A stretch of 64,000 bases of DNA from an uncultured Rhodothermales bacterium (GCA_964608315.1 CAZSNF010000006.1:71670-135669); one strand, 5' to 3'. Numbered from the stretch's first letter, positions 8,310 to 18,340 are shown. The notes: generated from the sequence alone by a model not told the origin. Program-made: numbers and translations.

Positions 8310-9233
8310 TTATCCGGCTTCCAGCGCGTTGGCTCCCGAAACGATCTCGATGATCTCCGTGGTGATGGCGGACTGCCGCGCCCGGTTGTACTTCAGTTTC
8401 AGGTTGCGCAGGAAATCCTCCGCGTTGGACGTGGCGTTATCCATGGCCACCATGCGCGCGCCCTGCTCCGCCGCGTTCGATTCGAGCAGTACGCGCCATA
8501 CCTGGTAGCGCAGGTATCTCGGCAACAGTTCGCGCAGGACGGATTCTGCTTCCGGTTCGAAGATGGAGTCGGAAATTTCGCGCTGGTTTTCCGCCTCGCT
8601 GTCGTCCGCGCCTTTCGCCTCCATGATGGGAGTCAGGAACTGTTTTTTCGGAATGGGCAGAAACGGCTCGACGATCCGGTTCTGGGCGATGGTGTTCCGG
8701 AATTCGTTGTAGACGATCTTGACCTCGTTCCAGGAACCGTTCAGATATCCGTCCACGGCCTGTTCAACGATCTTTCGGGCCGTGTCCAGCTCGACATGGT
8801 CGAACGCGCCGCGAAAATCGCCGACCATCTTGTGCCCTCTGCGGGCGAAATGTTCGTGTCCTTTCCGGCCCGCGGCCAGCACATGCAGGTTGCCCGCCTT
8901 GCGCGCCGCTTCGTACGCCGCCATCGCCTGTTCCGCCTCCTTTACGATATTGGCGTTGAAAGCGCCCGCCAGGCCGCGGTCGGCGGTCACCACGATGAAC
9001 AGGACGCTTTCTTCTGCGTCGCGTTTCTGCAGCAACGGATGTTCCTCGGCGTCGAGTTGTTCCTTTAGCCGACTGATCACGGCGCCCAGTCGGTACGCAT
9101 ACGGCCGCGTGCTGAAGATGCGTTCCTGCGCGCGCCGCAGTTTGGCCGCCGCCACCATTTTCATGGCGCGCGTAACCTGCTGCGTGTTGCGGATCGAGTC
9201 GATCCTGTTTCGTATGTCCCGGAGATTGGCCAT
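8310..9233 (-). CDS. atpG: F-type ATP synthase gamma subunit
   Basis: MANLRDIRNRIDSIRNTQQVTRAMKMVAAAKLRRAQ... and C-terminal ITTEIIEIVSGA. Confidence 0.95.
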   Translation of the reverse strand: MANLRDIRNRIDSIRNTQQVTRAMKMVAAAKLRRAQERIFSTRPYAYRLGAVISRLKEQLDAEEHPLLQKRDAEESVLFIVVTADRGLAGAFNANIVKEAEQAMAAYEAARKAGNLHVLAAGRKGHEHFARRGHKMVGDFRGAFDHVELDTARKIVEQAVDGYLNGSWNEVKIVYNEFRNTIAQNRIVEPFLPIPKKQFLTPIMEAKGADDSEAENQREISDSIFEPEAESVLRELLPRYLRYQVWRVLLESNAAEQGARMVAMDNATSNAEDFLRNLKLKYNRARQSAITTEIIEIVSGANALEAG

Positions 9234-9248
9234 GAATCAGCCTGTGCG

Positions 9249-10838
9249 CTACGCCCGGAAAAGGTCCGCCAGGTCGCTCGCCACGCTGGAGAGCGTCTGC
9301 TGATGCCCGTCCGAGAGGACGCCCGTTTCCCGAATGGCGTCGAGCAGGTCCTGGTGTTGTATCTGCAACTTGCCGATGAATTCGGTTTCCAGTTCGCGCA
9401 GGCGCGCCACCGGCACATCGTCCAGCAGTCCTTTCGTCGCCACGAAGATCACGGCGACCTGTTCTTCCACGGGAACGGGGGCATACTGGCCCTGCTTCAG
9501 AATCTCGACGAGGCGTTCCCCGCGCGTGAGCTGGCGACGGGTGGCCGGATCCAGGTCGGACCCGAATTTGGCGAAGGCTTGCAACTCGCGGTATTGCGCA
9601 AGGTCGATGCGCAATGTGCCCGCCACTTTTTTCATCGCCTTGATTTGCGCATTGCCGCCGACGCGCGATACGGAAATGCCGACATCGATGGCCGGACGCA
9701 CCCCTGCGTTGAAGAGGTTCGTTTCCAGATATATCTGACCGTCCGTAATGGAGATTACATTCGTGGGAATGTAGGCGGAAACGTCTCCGGCCTGCGTTTC
9801 GATGACGGGCAGGGCGGTCAGGGAGCCGCCGCCTTCCACTTTGCCTTGCAGTGATTCCGGCACATCGTTCATCCGGACCGCGACCGATTTCGTTTCGTTG
9901 ATCTTGGCGGCTCTCTCCAGCAGGCGGCTGTGCAGATAAAACACGTCGCCCGGATAGGCTTCGCGCCCCGGCGGACGGCGCAGCAGCAAGGACAGTTCGC
10001 GGTAGGCGACAGCCTGTTTGGAAAGGTCGTCGTAGACCACGAGGGCGTGCCGCCCCGTATCCCGGAAGTATTCCCCGATGCAGGCCCCGGCGTACGGAGC
10101 AATGAATTGCAACGGAGCGGGCGAGGAGGCCGGCGCATTCACAATGACTGTGTAGTTCATTGCGTCGTGCTCTTCGAGCGCCCGCATCACCTGGGCCACG
10201 GTGGATGCTTTTTGCCCGATGGCTACGTAGACGCAAAAAACCGGCTTGTCGGTTGCGTGGGTCGCCTTCTGATTGATGATCGCGTCGATCAGGACGGCGG
10301 TTTTGCCGGTTTGCCGGTCTCCGATCACCAGTTCTCGTTGTCCGCGCCCGATCGGGATCATTGAGTCGATGGCCTTGACGCCCGTCTGGAGGGGTTCGCT
10401 CACCGGTTGTCTGTAGATCACGCCGGGGGCTTTTCGCTCCAGCGGCATTTCAAAAGATTCGCCTGCAATGGGACCTCGTCCGTCTATCGGCTCGCCCAGC
10501 GGATCGATCACGCGCCCCAACATGCCTTCGGAAACGTTGATCGATGCGATACGCCGGGTTCGCCGCGCTTCATGGCCTTCCTTCACCGCCGCGATATCGC
10601 CGAACAGCACGACGCCAATGTTGTCCTCTTCTAGATTGAGGACCATGCCGGTGGCGCCGCTTTCCGGAAACGTAATCAATTCTCCGGCCTGTACGTTGGA
10701 AAGTCCGTAAAGTCGCGCGATGCCGTCCCCTGTTTGCAGGACGGTCCCGACTTCGTAGACGTCGGTTCCCGTTTCCAGATCGCCGAAAGCGTTCTTCAGA
10801 ACCGAGGTAACTTCATCTGGTCGAATGGACGTGGTCAT
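9249..10838 (-). CDS. atpA: F-type ATP synthase alpha subunit (start moved to the [13 protein letters not shown])
   Basis: GDRQTGKTA Walker A. Typical alpha sequence throughout. Confidence 0.95.
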   Translation of the reverse strand: MTTSIRPDEVTSVLKNAFGDLETGTDVYEVGTVLQTGDGIARLYGLSNVQAGELITFPESGATGMVLNLEEDNIGVVLFGDIAAVKEGHEARRTRRIASINVSEGMLGRVIDPLGEPIDGRGPIAGESFEMPLERKAPGVIYRQPVSEPLQTGVKAIDSMIPIGRGQRELVIGDRQTGKTAVLIDAIINQKATHATDKPVFCVYVAIGQKASTVAQVMRALEEHDAMNYTVIVNAPASSPAPLQFIAPYAGACIGEYFRDTGRHALVVYDDLSKQAVAYRELSLLLRRPPGREAYPGDVFYLHSRLLERAAKINETKSVAVRMNDVPESLQGKVEGGGSLTALPVIETQAGDVSAYIPTNVISITDGQIYLETNLFNAGVRPAIDVGISVSRVGGNAQIKAMKKVAGTLRIDLAQYRELQAFAKFGSDLDPATRRQLTRGERLVEILKQGQYAPVPVEEQVAVIFVATKGLLDDVPVARLRELETEFIGKLQIQHQDLLDAIRETGVLSDGHQQTLSSVASDLADLFRA

Positions 10839-10933
10839 AATTTTTCTGTCGTCGGTTACGCATGCGCCTGCTCGCAAGCAACAGATGGCCGTTTCGTCGA
10901 GGCGTGCACGCCGAAATATATGGGATATATGGG

Positions 10934-11479
10934 CTAACGGGTGGTAAGGGACTGGCGCGCGATCCGGTCGCGAAGCGCGTTGAGGCGGTGGCGTACGCTC
11001 CGGTCGTATACCGTATCCCCGATACGCACGACCATTCCGCCAATCAATTCGGCGTCTCGCTGGACATTCAGGCGAATCTGCTTGCCGGTCAATCGTTCAA
11101 GCGCCTCTGTCAGGCCGCGGCGTTCTTCTTCGCTTAATTCCGAGGCGACGCGGGCTTCCGCTTCCACGACGCCGAAGCGCTCGTCATGCAAGCGCCGCCA
11201 TGCCCGGGCGATTCGGCCAAACAGGTTTTCGCGCTGCCTGCCGACCAGCATATGCAGAAACCGCAGCGTCAGATCGTCCAGCCGCGATTCGAATAACGCG
11301 CGGACGACATCCTGCTTTTTCTCGCGGGCCGCGACCGGATTCCGAAAAAGCCGCGCCAGCGCTTCTGACTCGTCCAGCGTCGCTTGCACGAATGCGATAT
11401 CCGCATCGACGCGTTCGACGTTCGAGGCGCGCTCGGCTTCCTCGTACAGTGCGCGGGCGTATCTGCGGGCTACCACCAT
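10934..11479 (-). CDS. atpH: F-type ATP synthase delta (OSCP) subunit
   Basis: [12 protein letters not shown]... and [20 protein letters not shown]. Confidence 0.9.
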   Translation of the reverse strand: MVVARRYARALYEEAERASNVERVDADIAFVQATLDESEALARLFRNPVAAREKKQDVVRALFESRLDDLTLRFLHMLVGRQRENLFGRIARAWRRLHDERFGVVEAEARVASELSEEERRGLTEALERLTGKQIRLNVQRDAELIGGMVVRIGDTVYDRSVRHRLNALRDRIARQSLTTR

Positions 11480-11480
11480 G

Positions 11481-11556
11481 GGATACTTTGATTAAGTCCG
11501 CAAAGATCAGGGGCTGCGAGGGGTGCGCCGGCAAGGAATGACGAAGCAGCGTGGCC
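11481..11556. repeat. Family-1 repeat, left-arm fragment, inside the atp operon (atpF-atpH spacer)
   Basis: ggatactttgattaagtccgcaaagatcaggggctgcgaggggtgcgccggcaaggaatgacgaagca aligns with the left arm of 14934-15196. Confidence 0.7.
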
Positions 11557-11643
11557 CATGATTCGTTCGCGTCGAGAGCGGGAAAGCGGGGAGTGCGGTT
11601 GTCGGAGCAGGCGGGCGCGCGGGCCGCGGCGGGACAGCGTCGG

Positions 11644-12153
11644 TCAGTTGCGGGGAAGCTGCTCGATAAAACGATCGACCAGTTTGCGATGCCTGTCCGC
11701 ATCCAGCGTCTCTTCGAGAATCTGTTCGGCGGTCCGGATAGCAAGCCCCGCCACTTCATCCCGCAATTCCTCCAGCGCGCGTTGCTTCTCTCGCTCGATT
11801 TCGGCTTGCGCCTGCTCTTGCATCTGCCGGATTCGGGTCTGCGTCTTCTCCATTTCCTCGGCGCGCACCCGTTCGGCCGCCGTACGCGCATCTTGAAGGA
11901 CGCGCCGTGCGTTTTCTTCTGCCGCGCGGCGGGCCTCCTCGTTTTTCTCTCCGGTCTTCCGGGCTTCTTCAAGCGCATGCTCGGCCTTGCGAAGCGAGGC
12001 GTCGATGGTTTCTTCGCGTTCGCTCAATGCGCTCACGATAGGTTTCCATGCGTATTTGCCAAGCACGAACAGCAAAAGCGCAAAGACGATGACCTTGTAG
12101 AAGATCAGTCCCGCATTCGGTTCGAGAAGACTTTGGGCTACGATGATATCCAT
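11644..12153 (-). CDS. atpF: F-type ATP synthase subunit b
   Basis: N-terminal TM helix followed by a long charged helix; operon position. Confidence 0.9.
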   Translation of the reverse strand: MDIIVAQSLLEPNAGLIFYKVIVFALLLFVLGKYAWKPIVSALSEREETIDASLRKAEHALEEARKTGEKNEEARRAAEENARRVLQDARTAAERVRAEEMEKTQTRIRQMQEQAQAEIEREKQRALEELRDEVAGLAIRTAEQILEETLDADRHRKLVDRFIEQLPRN

Positions 12154-12223
12154 GCCAGATCGAGGGTGCGTTTATTCCCTGACGTTTCAGGGGAATTTTC
12201 CAGACGCGCCGCGGGCGGCTCGG

Positions 12224-12475
<252 letters not shown>

Positions 12476-12532
12476 TCAGGTGATGCGAAAAAGGAGGTTC
12501 GATGGTGAGATTCTTCGGCGCCTCGGACGGCG

Positions 12533-13663
12533 TTACCCGGCGAGGGCCGGTTGCTCTTCGGCATGCGTTTTTTCCTCGTGATGTTCCTCCACGGCCATGC
12601 CGAAGAAAATCGCCGACAGCAGCGTGAACACAAAGGCGTGTATGAACGCCACGGCGATCTTGATGAACGAAATGAACAACGTAAATGCGATGCCGACCGG
12701 TGCGACAAGCGTCGCCGCGAGGCTGCCGAACAACACGTTGATCGTGAAAATGATGCCGATCAGACTCAGGATGAGCAGGGAGCCGGACATCATGTTGGCG
12801 AAGAGTCGAAGCGCCAGCGCAAAATGCTTGGCGATCAGGCTGACCAGTTCGATCGGCGCCAGCAGGAATTTGACCAGTACGGGTACTCCCGGAGGCCAGA
12901 ACATGTGCAACCAGTACGCTTTGGTTCCCTGCCGTTGCCCCGCGACGAACGTAAAAGCAGCCAGCGTGAAGGTAACGGCGACGTTGGATGTCGCTGCCCC
13001 TGCATAGGGCACCAGGCCCATCAGGTTGGCGCACAGGATAAACATGAACGCCGTAAGCAGAAACGGCATGAATTGCTGGTACCGGGGACCCACGCACGGC
13101 TTGGCGATTTCGTCGCGCACGAAGATCACGAGCGCTTCGAACATGTTCTGGAAGATGCCTCTCGGCGCGGCGACGCGATCTTCGGGTCGCCGATAGCGTC
13201 GCGCAAGTCTGAGGAAGATCGCTGCAACGATCAGGGCGGCCAGGACGCCGAACACGAGATGGCGCGTGACAGACAGATCCAGCGCAATGGCTCCCTGGAC
13301 CGGTTGCGGTTTGGCGTACAAATGCTCATGATGTTCGATGGCGTCGTGAAGCGCTACGCCATGCAGGACCTCTGCATGTCCGTCATCGTCTTCATGCTCC
13401 ATCACATACCGCTCCGACAACAGCGCGGATCGGGTGGACGGGAATACATCCAGCCCCCAGGGGTCTTTTCTCAGGAAAATCCGCGGCAGTTCGACGGTCC
13501 CGAACGGAGCGAAATCGAGATATACGCCGTCCGCCGTGTGGGCGACGGCATCCATTTCTCCTCCCTCGTCGGCGGCATACGCCGGGCGAGGCCCGGGAAA
13601 TACGCATCCAACTGCGAGAAGCAGGACAATCTGTCGGCAGCATATGTTGGCGTTCAACCCCAT
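12533..13663 (-). CDS. atpB: F-type ATP synthase subunit a (long N-terminal extension)
   Basis: ALALRLFANMMSG motif, multi-TM, operon position. Confidence 0.9.
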   Translation of the reverse strand: MGLNANICCRQIVLLLAVGCVFPGPRPAYAADEGGEMDAVAHTADGVYLDFAPFGTVELPRIFLRKDPWGLDVFPSTRSALLSERYVMEHEDDDGHAEVLHGVALHDAIEHHEHLYAKPQPVQGAIALDLSVTRHLVFGVLAALIVAAIFLRLARRYRRPEDRVAAPRGIFQNMFEALVIFVRDEIAKPCVGPRYQQFMPFLLTAFMFILCANLMGLVPYAGAATSNVAVTFTLAAFTFVAGQRQGTKAYWLHMFWPPGVPVLVKFLLAPIELVSLIAKHFALALRLFANMMSGSLLILSLIGIIFTINVLFGSLAATLVAPVGIAFTLFISFIKIAVAFIHAFVFTLLSAIFFGMAVEEHHEEKTHAEEQPALAG

Positions 13664-13724
13664 GACGAGTATGCGCGAACGGTGCGGCGAGCGAGCCTCC
13701 TGGCCTCGAGGTCTGCGTACGGCG

Positions 13725-14021
13725 CTACGAAGCGGGCGGCTGCTTCTTGTGGAAAAACCGGATTTCGATTACGAGTCCTGCGAGAAACGTTGCGAAAAAG
13801 CTGACCAGCAAAGCGGTGGGCGAGACGGGCAGCCATTGCAACGCCATAACGAGCAGCCCGAGCATGACTGCGATGCGGACTGCCATGGCGCCTGCAACGA
13901 TGGCCAAGGGGTTTCGGGTGCTTTGCAGCGCAATCCGATTCGATAAAAAGCTGATCAGCACGTACGACACGCCCAGCAGGCATCCAAGTCCGATTCCGAG
14001 TCCCAACCCTTCCATTTCCAT
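13725..14021 (-). CDS. AtpI-like small hydrophobic protein (start uncertain: 14021, 14015 or 14096)
   Basis: Hydrophobic ~98-aa ORF directly upstream of atpB. Confidence 0.55.
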   Translation of the reverse strand: MEMEGLGLGIGLGCLLGVSYVLISFLSNRIALQSTRNPLAIVAGAMAVRIAVMLGLLVMALQWLPVSPTALLVSFFATFLAGLVIEIRFFHKKQPPAS

Positions 14022-14160
14022 TGGCTTTCCGTTTCCACAGGCCGCCGGAACGGGCTTCCCGGGCGCATGGGAAATACCGGCCAGGAAATCCGGCATTTTT
14101 TGCTAAAGCACCTAATTTACGGCAAAAGGGTCCGGGGAAAAGCCAATATGCAATGAATTC

Positions 14161-14220
14161 AAGGACACTCTGCATAGTGTCAACAGGCCCTGAATCTGCT
14201 TCGATCAGAGTATCCTTAAA
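14161..14220. repeat. Composite of repeat termini (family-1 end + family-2 end + family-1 end) with no internal sequence
   Basis: aaggacactctg|catagtgtcaacaggccc|tgaatctgcttcgatcagagtatccttaaa. Confidence 0.7.
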
Positions 14221-14228
14221 AGCATTTT

Positions 14229-14480
14229 TCAGACCTGTGGCGGACGCTTCTTCGAGCGGGCTTCGCTTTTCTTTACTCCGCGCGCCAGCAGCACGAACAT
14301 GGAAACCATGCCGATGCAGAATCCGCCCAGAAGAAACCATGGCGTGGTATCAAGCCATTGGTCAAGCAGTACGCCGCCGACAATCCATATCGCCATGGAG
14401 ATCGCCGGTTCCAGCGCCAGAGAGAGATGGGACCCGGCTTCCCTGAAATCGGCGCCGGGATCGCCGTTCGGAGCAGGCAT
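14229..14480 (-). CDS. AtpZ/ATPase_gene1-like small membrane protein (start placed at the MPAPNGD ATG)
   Basis: Two TM helices, position upstream of atpI/atpB. The longer track ORF would overlap the bactofilin gene. Confidence 0.5.
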   Translation of the reverse strand: MPAPNGDPGADFREAGSHLSLALEPAISMAIWIVGGVLLDQWLDTTPWFLLGGFCIGMVSMFVLLARGVKKSEARSKKRPPQV

Positions 14481-14496
14481 GGCGGCTTGGGGCCGG

Positions 14497-14919
14497 TTAT
14501 TTGCGGACGGGCGCAGGACTGGCGTTTCCGACGGGCTTTTCTTGCGCGACGGGAATTTCGCTTGCGTCAATGACCCGGTCTCCCGTGCGGCATTCTCCAT
14601 TGAATATGGCGCCTTCCTCTACCATAAGGCGCCCGACCTGTAAGTTGGCTTCCACCACAGATGTTTTCTGCAACAGGAGGTTGTCGGATACGGTGATGGA
14701 GCCCTTGACGCGCCCGGCGATGGCGAGCGAGCCTCCTTTTATAGTGCCTTCGATGTATCCGCTTTCCGGGATCACCAGTTTGCCCGCGGTTTCCACGAGG
14801 CCCTTGACGCACCCGCTGACGCGTATGTCGCTGGACGATACGAGCGTACCTTCGAAGGTCGTTCCCTCGCTGATGATGCTTACTCTCTGAGAGGTATCGC
14901 CGTTTGTGTGCTTTGCCAT
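14497..14919 (-). CDS. Bactofilin (DUF583) cytoskeletal protein; start at MAKHTNGD
   Basis: Repetitive beta-helix pattern IEGTIKGGSLAIAGRVKGSITVSDNLLLQKTSVVEANLQVGRLMVEEGAIFNG. The track N-terminal extension is repeat sequence. Confidence 0.85.
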   Translation of the reverse strand: MAKHTNGDTSQRVSIISEGTTFEGTLVSSSDIRVSGCVKGLVETAGKLVIPESGYIEGTIKGGSLAIAGRVKGSITVSDNLLLQKTSVVEANLQVGRLMVEEGAIFNGECRTGDRVIDASEIPVAQEKPVGNASPAPVRK

Positions 14920-14933
14920 GGCGTGATGTTTTT

Positions 14934-15196
14934 TTAAGGATACTCTGATTAAATCTGCAAAGTTCAGAGGCTGCGAGAGGCGCGCTGGCAAGGAATGACG
15001 AAGCAATGTGGCAGGTTCCACATAATGAGGAATGACACAGCCAGAGCGCCTCTCGCAGTCTCCAGAAGGGCGCTTCACGTCCGCCATGCCCTGAATCCAG
15101 AGCGTTTACCGCTGATTTCAACGACGCCGGCACAATGTCTTGTACGCACGAACGTGAAGCGCTGATCGAAGTAGATTTAATCAGAGTGTCCTTAAG
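14934..15196. repeat. Family-1 MITE-like structured repeat, full length (reference copy)
   Basis: ~24-nt terminal inverted repeats TTAAGGAyACTCTGATTAAATCT. Internal hairpins CTGCGAGAGGCGC/GCGCCTCTCGCAG and GCGCTTCACGT/ACGTGAAGCGC. Confidence 0.85.
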
Positions 15197-15217
15197 ACGG
15201 TTATAATACGCAAACTG

Positions 15218-16120
15218 CTACATACCAACAAGATACGCACCCGGATCCTGCGCCAGCCCATTACGCCACAGTTCGAAGTGCAAATGCGGCCCTGTGGTGA
15301 ATTCGCCAGAATTGCCGCTTACCGCGATGTTGTCCCGGGCCTGGACCCGGTCTCCTGTGCGTTTGTGCAGTTGCCGATTGTGCTTGTAGACCGAAAGGTA
15401 GCCGTCGGAGTGCTGGATTGCGATGGTGTAGCCGCCTTCCTGGGTCCAGTCCGCCATGACCACATAGCCGTCCCCGATCGCTCGTACGCCCGTGCCTTCT
15501 TCCGCGGCGATGTCTATTCCGTAATGCCCCGTTCTTGCGTCGAATCCGCGCGTTACGAAGCCGTTCACGGGCGCCAGGGCGGGCAATACGATGCCCGGGA
15601 AGTGGTCGCGGGCCGTATTGGCCGTACGCGGACCAGGACGGTTGTTTCCCGGAAGCATATCTATCGTAATGGCGGGCCCCTGGTGATCGGTCCAGTTTGG
15701 CGACGTTTCTCCAGGAGCAGTAGCGGTGTAATTTTGTTCTGGCGAGACGGTTTCCGTTGCGACAGGATCCGCTTCGTCCAGCTCGATGTCGTTGAGAAAA
15801 ACCTGTCGAAGTTGCGCCATATACCGCTCCTGCGCGGCAAGGGAGTCTTCCAGTGCTTCGATGCGCAGTGCGTTCAGTATGGCGTTTTGCCGTATTTCCG
15901 TCGATACCGCTCCCGGCAGTATCCCCTGAAGCGGAGGCAACAGGAACAATAGCGCGAGCACAAGCGCAACGACGCCAAGCACGCCGCCGGATAGCGCCAG
16001 CAGGACATGGCGAGGAACGACCCGGTAGTGCCGGGCCTGCTGGCCGGTGCCTTCGCGGATCACCACAAAGGTCGATATCCCCTTGCCGGGTCTGAAAAGT
16101 TCTTTCAAAAACGAGAACAT
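15218..16120 (-). CDS. Membrane-anchored M23 (LytM) family peptidase
   Basis: N-terminal TM helix; C-terminal HSDGYLSVYKHN...GNSGEFTTGPHLHFELW. Confidence 0.9.
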   Translation of the reverse strand: MFSFLKELFRPGKGISTFVVIREGTGQQARHYRVVPRHVLLALSGGVLGVVALVLALLFLLPPLQGILPGAVSTEIRQNAILNALRIEALEDSLAAQERYMAQLRQVFLNDIELDEADPVATETVSPEQNYTATAPGETSPNWTDHQGPAITIDMLPGNNRPGPRTANTARDHFPGIVLPALAPVNGFVTRGFDARTGHYGIDIAAEEGTGVRAIGDGYVVMADWTQEGGYTIAIQHSDGYLSVYKHNRQLHKRTGDRVQARDNIAVSGNSGEFTTGPHLHFELWRNGLAQDPGAYLVGM

Positions 16121-16312
16121 TATCGAAGCGCCCTCCCCTGGCGCCGCAGGGTCGAAATTGTGGAACCTGCAGGGTTGTTCGGGATTATAAAGCCCTTTTG
16201 CAAACGCTCGCGCAGGCTTGCCGCGTTCGCTTCTGTTCGGCGGGTGCGCGGTCTGTCAATTCCTTGCCGAACGCAATACGAAACGAAAAATACAAAACGG
16301 CGCAGAACGAAC

Positions 16313-16567
16313 ATGCCTCAGCACAAATCAGCAATCAAGCGGGTCCGTCAGAATAACGAACGCCGCGAACGCAATCGGGTTCACCGCGGCGCCATGCGGA
16401 CCATAATGCGCAAATTGCGCGGAACCACTGACCGGGAGGAAGGGCAAGCCCTGCTTTCCCAGGCGAAACATACGCTGGATCGTCTTGCCTCGAGAGGAAT
16501 TATCCACAGGAACAAGGCGGCCAATTACAAGAGCAAACTGGAGAAGCACGTCAACAGTCTGGAATAG
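16313..16567 (+). CDS. rpsT: 30S ribosomal protein S20
   Basis: MPQHKSAIKRVRQNNERRERN..., 84 aa, ATG at 16313. Confidence 0.95.
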   Translation: MPQHKSAIKRVRQNNERRERNRVHRGAMRTIMRKLRGTTDREEGQALLSQAKHTLDRLASRGIIHRNKAANYKSKLEKHVNSLE

Positions 16568-16720
16568 ACGCTGTTCCTGGACACGCTGCCTGTCGCCCGG
16601 AAGCGGCTTGTTTTCGGACGGCGCGCATTTCCATGCAAAAGTTGCGTATTTTCGCAGTTCGTTTCGTACATTACCCCGAACGGTCTCGACCCTCTTCGCA
16701 TCATCCATTCAACCACTGCT

Positions 16721-18241
16721 ATGCCTGTTTCACGGCAATTCTTTTGCTCTGCCTTACTGGCCGGAGCGCTTTCGTTCCTTCTCGTATCGGAAACGTACGC
16801 GCAGAACTTGCGGGCAGACGACGCCTTTTTCGTCAAGCCTCGCGTTGGTCTGTCGTGGCATCTTGGCGATACCGAAAGGTCGCTCTTTAATTTGAATCTG
16901 GACAGCTGGGATTCCGAGTGCTGCGGTACGCCGTACTCGGGCGGCATCGAACTCGGTTATCAGTTCGACCAGAACGGCAGTCTGGCCATTGGGCTTCAGC
17001 GCACCAATCACCCGCTTTCGCTGGTGTATAGCCCGGAGGCTCCTGTAAGCGGCGACGACACTGGAGGAGGGTACACCAGCTTCCAGGCGCTGTACCGCTA
17101 TGGTTCTTCGTCGCGCATAGCGCCGTTCCTGACGGCTGGCGCGCATGTTACGCATGGCAGCGTGGCAAGCACCACATACGGACCGACGCTGGGTTTCGGC
17201 GTTGATATCGTGGTCAGCGACTACGCCTCGATCGTTATCGAAAATGTGTCCAACCTTGCCTTTCCGGACGACGGATTCGACAACACGGATGGAGGAGACG
17301 ACGGCTTTCTTTCCTTTGAAGTGGTTAGCGCATTGACGGCAGGCGTCCGGATCAGCCTCAAAAGCGCTTTCACGCCTGTCGAGATTCTTGGGTCGGCCTG
17401 CCCGACCGTGCTGGGCGCTGGCGAGGATGGTTCTTTTTCCGTGGATACGAATCCCGACGCTACGCAGCCTGTAGAGATTCAATGGGATTTCGGCGACGGC
17501 GGCTCGGCTACGGGCATGGCCGCCACGCACAGTTTCGTGTCTGGCGGCATGTACGAGGTGACGGCTACTGCGGGCAATGGCCGCGAAACGGTTTCTGCGA
17601 TGTGTTCCGTTCAGGTCATAGACGCTCCGACCATCGTAGCGATCGACGCCAGCGATACGCGGTTTGAAGTATGCCAGCCCCAGGAGGTTGCATTCACCGT
17701 GCGCGCGGAGAGCGAAGGCTCCACCACGTATAGCTGGGACTTCGGCGACGGCGGCGCGGGAACGGGCGCGGAAGTATCGCACACGTATTCCGAGGGCGGA
17801 ACCTACACCGTGACCGTGACGGTAGAGAACGAAGGCGGCACGGATACCGAGTCGATTACGATAACGGCGATGCCCTGCCTGGCTTCGATTTGCTACGACA
17901 TCACCGAAATGAATGCGGCGTACTTCGACCGGAATTCAAGTGCATTGACCGACGAAGCTGGTGCGGCGCTTTCGGAAAATGCAGACATTTTCCAGCAGTG
18001 CCCCAATCTTTGCGGCGACGTTGTGGGTTACGCTGCGCCGGGCGAACGCAATGCGCAGCAGCTTTCCGAGGAGCGCGCCCGTATCGTCGAGCAGTTCTAC
18101 ACTGAAAACGGGTTGGCTGCAAGCCGTTTCCAGACCGAAGGCCGCGGCCTGTTGCCGGGCACGACCAAGAAAGAGGGCGCGCAGCAAGCCCGCCGCGTAG
18201 ACACCATACCGGGTACCTGCGCCGGTTACTACGACGATTGA
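16721..18241 (+). CDS. OmpA-family outer membrane protein with two PKD repeats
   Basis: Signal peptide; WDFGDGG..THSF / WDFGDGG..SHTYSEGGTYTVTVTV; C-terminal OmpA-like YFDRNSSAL...RARIV... Confidence 0.85.
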   Translation: MPVSRQFFCSALLAGALSFLLVSETYAQNLRADDAFFVKPRVGLSWHLGDTERSLFNLNLDSWDSECCGTPYSGGIELGYQFDQNGSLAIGLQRTNHPLSLVYSPEAPVSGDDTGGGYTSFQALYRYGSSSRIAPFLTAGAHVTHGSVASTTYGPTLGFGVDIVVSDYASIVIENVSNLAFPDDGFDNTDGGDDGFLSFEVVSALTAGVRISLKSAFTPVEILGSACPTVLGAGEDGSFSVDTNPDATQPVEIQWDFGDGGSATGMAATHSFVSGGMYEVTATAGNGRETVSAMCSVQVIDAPTIVAIDASDTRFEVCQPQEVAFTVRAESEGSTTYSWDFGDGGAGTGAEVSHTYSEGGTYTVTVTVENEGGTDTESITITAMPCLASICYDITEMNAAYFDRNSSALTDEAGAALSENADIFQQCPNLCGDVVGYAAPGERNAQQLSEERARIVEQFYTENGLAASRFQTEGRGLLPGTTKKEGAQQARRVDTIPGTCAGYYDD

Positions 18242-18281
18242 CCGTACGCCGGAAGCGAATCGCGCAAGACGCTGCCGGAAA

Positions 18282-18315
18282 AGCGGGTCCGCCGATCAGG
18301 CGGACCCGCTTTTTT
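18282..18315 (+). terminator. Rho-independent terminator after the OmpA/PKD gene
   Basis: 12-bp perfect stem AGCGGGTCCGCC-gatca-GGCGGACCCGCT followed by TTTTT. Confidence 0.75.
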
Positions 18316-18340
18316 ATGCCCTTTTTCACGTTGTCGCTTT

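Noticed and set aside
8208-8310. Absence of atpD/atpC after atpG as a deletion or rearrangement caused by the island
   Set aside because: A separate atpDC locus is, to my knowledge, the normal arrangement in Bacteroidota-like genomes, so this is not evidence of disruption.
8764-10236. 490-aa minus-strand ORF overlapping atpG/atpA
   Set aside because: It is an out-of-frame shadow of atpA/atpG with extreme Arg/Gly/Ala content.
14930-15087. Recurrent peptide MADVKRPSGDCERR..CVIPHY..LLRHSLP.RLSQPLNFA.LIRVS at the N-termini of several track ORFs (14497..15087, 18229..18540, 30905..31192, and related ones at 24142, 47193, 52409, 54040)
   Set aside because: This is the translation of the family-1 DNA repeat. 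The ATG is missing in copy 18341-18604, differences are not biased to synonymous sites, and it merely extends real genes (bactofilin, uppP) or junk ORFs. It is not a protein family.
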